DNA of 64,000 nt, taken from the NCBI RefSeq assembly GCF_014773545.1, contig NZ_SDDV01000009.1:16836-80835 (forward strand), given 5' to 3'. Positions 61,509 to 64,000 of the stretch are shown here, in pieces; position 1 is the first letter of the stretch, and each line of letters starts with the position of its first letter. A program made the translations under genes and the position numbers. A model generated the notes under the pieces. The model saw only the letters and a program-made list of their open reading frames with translations, did not search any database and was not told the origin of the DNA. Source of the DNA: Hydrogenophaga sp. Its GTDB lineage: Bacteria; Pseudomonadota; Gammaproteobacteria; Burkholderiales; Burkholderiaceae_C.

Positions 61509-63854
61509 TCATTCGCCGCGCGCCGGCAGCAAAATGTCGCGCTGACCGCTGGAGGTGAGTGCGCTGACCAGACCGGCTTTTTCCATCTCTTCGAGCAGGC
61601 GCGCGGCGCGGTTGTAGCCGATTTTGAGCTTGCGCTGCACGTAAGAGATGCTGGCCTTGCGGTCTTTCAGCACAATCTCGACCGCTTGGTCGTACAAAAC
61701 GTCTTTTTCTCCGCCCTCAGCGCCTGCTTCGCCCAGCGGATCCAGCGCGTCGCCGTCGGTCGCCGGGCTCTCGAGCACGCCTTCGATGTAGTTGGGCTCG
61801 CCGCCCTGGGCTTTGAGGTAGGCCACCACGCGGTGCACCTCGTCGTCGCTGACAAAGGCGCCGTGCACCCGGACCGGAAAACCGGTGCCCGAGGGCAAGT
61901 AGAGCATGTCGCCCATGCCGAGCAGGCTTTCTGCGCCCATCTGATCCAAAATGGTGCGGCTGTCGATCTTGCTGCTGACCTGAAAACTCAGGCGGGTGGG
62001 AATATTGGCCTTGATGAGCCCGGTGATCACGTCCACGCTGGGGCGCTGCGTGGCCAAGATGAGGTGGATGCCGGCTGCGCGCGCCTTTTGCGCCAGGCGC
62101 GCGATCAGTTCTTCGATTTTCTTGCCCACCACCATCATCAGGTCGGCCAGCTCGTCGATCACCACCACGATGTGTGGCAGCCGCGCCAGCGGTTCGGGCT
62201 GCTCGGGCGTGAGGCTGAACGGGTTGCCTATGGTCTCGCCGCGCGCATGGGCTTCGTCGATCTTGACGTTGTAGCCGGCCAGGTTGCGCACGCCGAGCTT
62301 GCTCATGAGCTGGTAGCGCTTGTCCATCTCGGCCACGCACCAGTTCAGGCCGTTGGCGGCGTGCTTCATGTCGGTCACCACCGGCGCCAGCAGGTGCGGT
62401 ATGCCTTCGTAAACGCTCAACTCCAGCATTTTGGGATCTATCAGCAGCAGCCGCACGTCTTTCGCGTCGGCTTTGTAGAGCAGCGACAAGATCATGGCGT
62501 TGATGCCCACCGACTTGCCCGAACCGGTGGTGCCGGCCACCAGGCAGTGCGGCATTTTGGCCAGATCGGCCACCACTGGCAGACCGGCAATGTCTTTGCC
62601 CAGCCCCATGGTCAGCAGACTCTTGGCGTCGTTGTAGACCTTCGAGCCCAGAATTTCACTCAGTTTGATGGTTTGGCGCTTGGCGTTGGGCAGCTCCAGC
62701 GCCATCAGGTTCTTACCCGGAATGGTCTCGATGACGCGGATCGACACCAGCGAGAGCGAACGCGCCAGATCGCGCCCCAGGCCAACGATCTGCGATCCCT
62801 TGACGCCGGTGGCCGGCTCGATCTCGTAGCGCGTAATCACCGGCCCCGGCGCAGCGGCCACCACCCGCACGTCAACGCCAAAGTCTTTCAGTTTTTTCTC
62901 GATCAGGCGGCTGGTCATCTCCAGCGTCTGGCTGTCCACGCCGGCTTGCTGCGCCGGTGCACCGTCGAGCAGATCGACCTGCGGCAGCTTGCTGTCGGGC
63001 AGTTCGGTGAACAGGGGTTTTTGCCGCTCTTTGGCGATGCGCTCGCTTTTTGGCGGCTCGACCGGTGTGGGTACGATCTGCACCGGCTTGAGCAGCGGCT
63101 CGACCGGCTCGCTGCGCTCGACCACCACTTCCTCGCGCTCGCGCACCGCTTGCGCGCCGATGCGCTGATCCTGCACTGCCTCGCGTTGCTCGCGCCGGGC
63201 CTGGAACCAGCGCTCCAATGTGCGGCCCAGCGCCTCGGCCCAGTGCGCCCAGGAAAAATGAAACACCCGCGGCAGGCAGACCAGCAGCAGCCCCAGCAAA
63301 ATCACGACCGAACCCGTGTTGCCCAGCCAGCGAAGCGCCAGCGGCCCCAGCAGATAGCCCGGCACGCCACCCGAATGACCGGGCAGCAGCGGCTCAAACC
63401 GATACAGGCGACTCCATTCGAGCGCTGCGCTGGCCAGCAGCAGCCATGCCAGCGCCAGCCAGAAGGAGGCGCGCCCGGCGCAAAAGCGTTGCCAGCGGCC
63501 AGGCGCAGCCAACCCCTGTGGCGGCTGCTGCGGCTGGCCGCGCAGCCCGCGAGCCAGCGTCGCCAGCCACAGCCGCAGGCCGACGAAGAAAATCCACCAG
63601 ACCGAAAAACCGAACAGAAAATAGCTTGCATCGGCCAACACGGCGCCGATTTGGCCGCCCCAGTTGCCAACGACAGGCTGGGTGCCGCTGGTGCTCCAGG
63701 CCGGATCGGCCAGCGAATGGCTCAGCATGGCCAGCAGCCAAAACAGCAGCGCCACCGCGCCCAACAGCAGCCCGATTTCTCGTGTGAAGCGCGCTGCGCC
63801 CTGCGCTTGGGGCGACAGGCGGTCGGCATTGAGCGTATTGAGTGAATAAGTCAT
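61509..63854 (-). CDS. ftsK: DNA translocase FtsK
   Basis: N-terminal TMs, [38 protein letters not shown], gamma domain IGYNRAAR. Confidence 0.96.
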   Translation of the reverse strand: MTYSLNTLNADRLSPQAQGAARFTREIGLLLGAVALLFWLLAMLSHSLADPAWSTSGTQPVVGNWGGQIGAVLADASYFLFGFSVWWIFFVGLRLWLATLARGLRGQPQQPPQGLAAPGRWQRFCAGRASFWLALAWLLLASAALEWSRLYRFEPLLPGHSGGVPGYLLGPLALRWLGNTGSVVILLGLLLVCLPRVFHFSWAHWAEALGRTLERWFQARREQREAVQDQRIGAQAVREREEVVVERSEPVEPLLKPVQIVPTPVEPPKSERIAKERQKPLFTELPDSKLPQVDLLDGAPAQQAGVDSQTLEMTSRLIEKKLKDFGVDVRVVAAAPGPVITRYEIEPATGVKGSQIVGLGRDLARSLSLVSIRVIETIPGKNLMALELPNAKRQTIKLSEILGSKVYNDAKSLLTMGLGKDIAGLPVVADLAKMPHCLVAGTTGSGKSVGINAMILSLLYKADAKDVRLLLIDPKMLELSVYEGIPHLLAPVVTDMKHAANGLNWCVAEMDKRYQLMSKLGVRNLAGYNVKIDEAHARGETIGNPFSLTPEQPEPLARLPHIVVVIDELADLMMVVGKKIEELIARLAQKARAAGIHLILATQRPSVDVITGLIKANIPTRLSFQVSSKIDSRTILDQMGAESLLGMGDMLYLPSGTGFPVRVHGAFVSDDEVHRVVAYLKAQGGEPNYIEGVLESPATDGDALDPLGEAGAEGGEKDVLYDQAVEIVLKDRKASISYVQRKLKIGYNRAARLLEEMEKAGLVSALTSSGQRDILLPARGE

Positions 63855-63918
63855 GACGATGTGTACGTGCAGCAGCACGTTTGTATGTCTCGACCAACAA
63901 GAGCTCGGCTGGCCAAGT

Positions 63919-64000
63919 TCAGCTCAGGGTATTGATGCGTTCCTTGATGACGATGCTGCCGTCCTGTGCCAAGTCAGCGGCCAGCACCTCGGCCTGAGCC
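63919..64000 (-). CDS. C-terminal end of a probable Crp/Fnr-family regulator (5' end outside window)
   Basis: [26 protein letters not shown]; position upstream of ftsK is consistent with my recollection of Burkholderiales gene order. Confidence 0.45.
   Translation of the reverse strand, partial: AQAEVLAADLAQDGSIVIKERINTLS

Overview
GC-rich betaproteobacterial chromosome segment; gene content and order fit Burkholderiales, probably Comamonadaceae (inference). The housekeeping backbone runs SPOR'-dsbA-lptAB-rpoN, THUMP methylase-gmk-rpoZ-spoT, greB, ppc/hemCDXY, rne/rluC/hns, tldD-rodA, RNB-tonB-mtgA-ruvC, a NodIJ-like ABC pair, psd and rarA-lolA-ftsK-'crp/fnr. Three accessory modules interrupt it. 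(1) A tightly coupled minus-strand run (9407-23030) in which PEP carboxylase heads a non-canonical Mrp-type antiporter set (E, F, G, A'/B, C and three D-like subunits) interleaved with an AI-2E transporter, a PGPGW-type membrane protein and a phosphoketolase. (2) A tetR plus two-gene unit (27511-33467) with the domain architecture of the anaerobic plasmalogen synthase PlsA/PlsR; its sigma70-like promoter is overlapped by a perfect 14-bp palindrome. (3) A mosaic sulfur module: sulfate ABC transporter, fccAB, a decayed IS481-type end, orphan soxYZ and a 5'-truncated ybiB. There are also two clusters of one REP-like repeat family with tandem amplifications at the same repeat end, and a frameshifted lipoprotein gene. 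No rRNA, tRNA or CRISPR array was seen. All family assignments come from motif recognition by eye; no database search was run.
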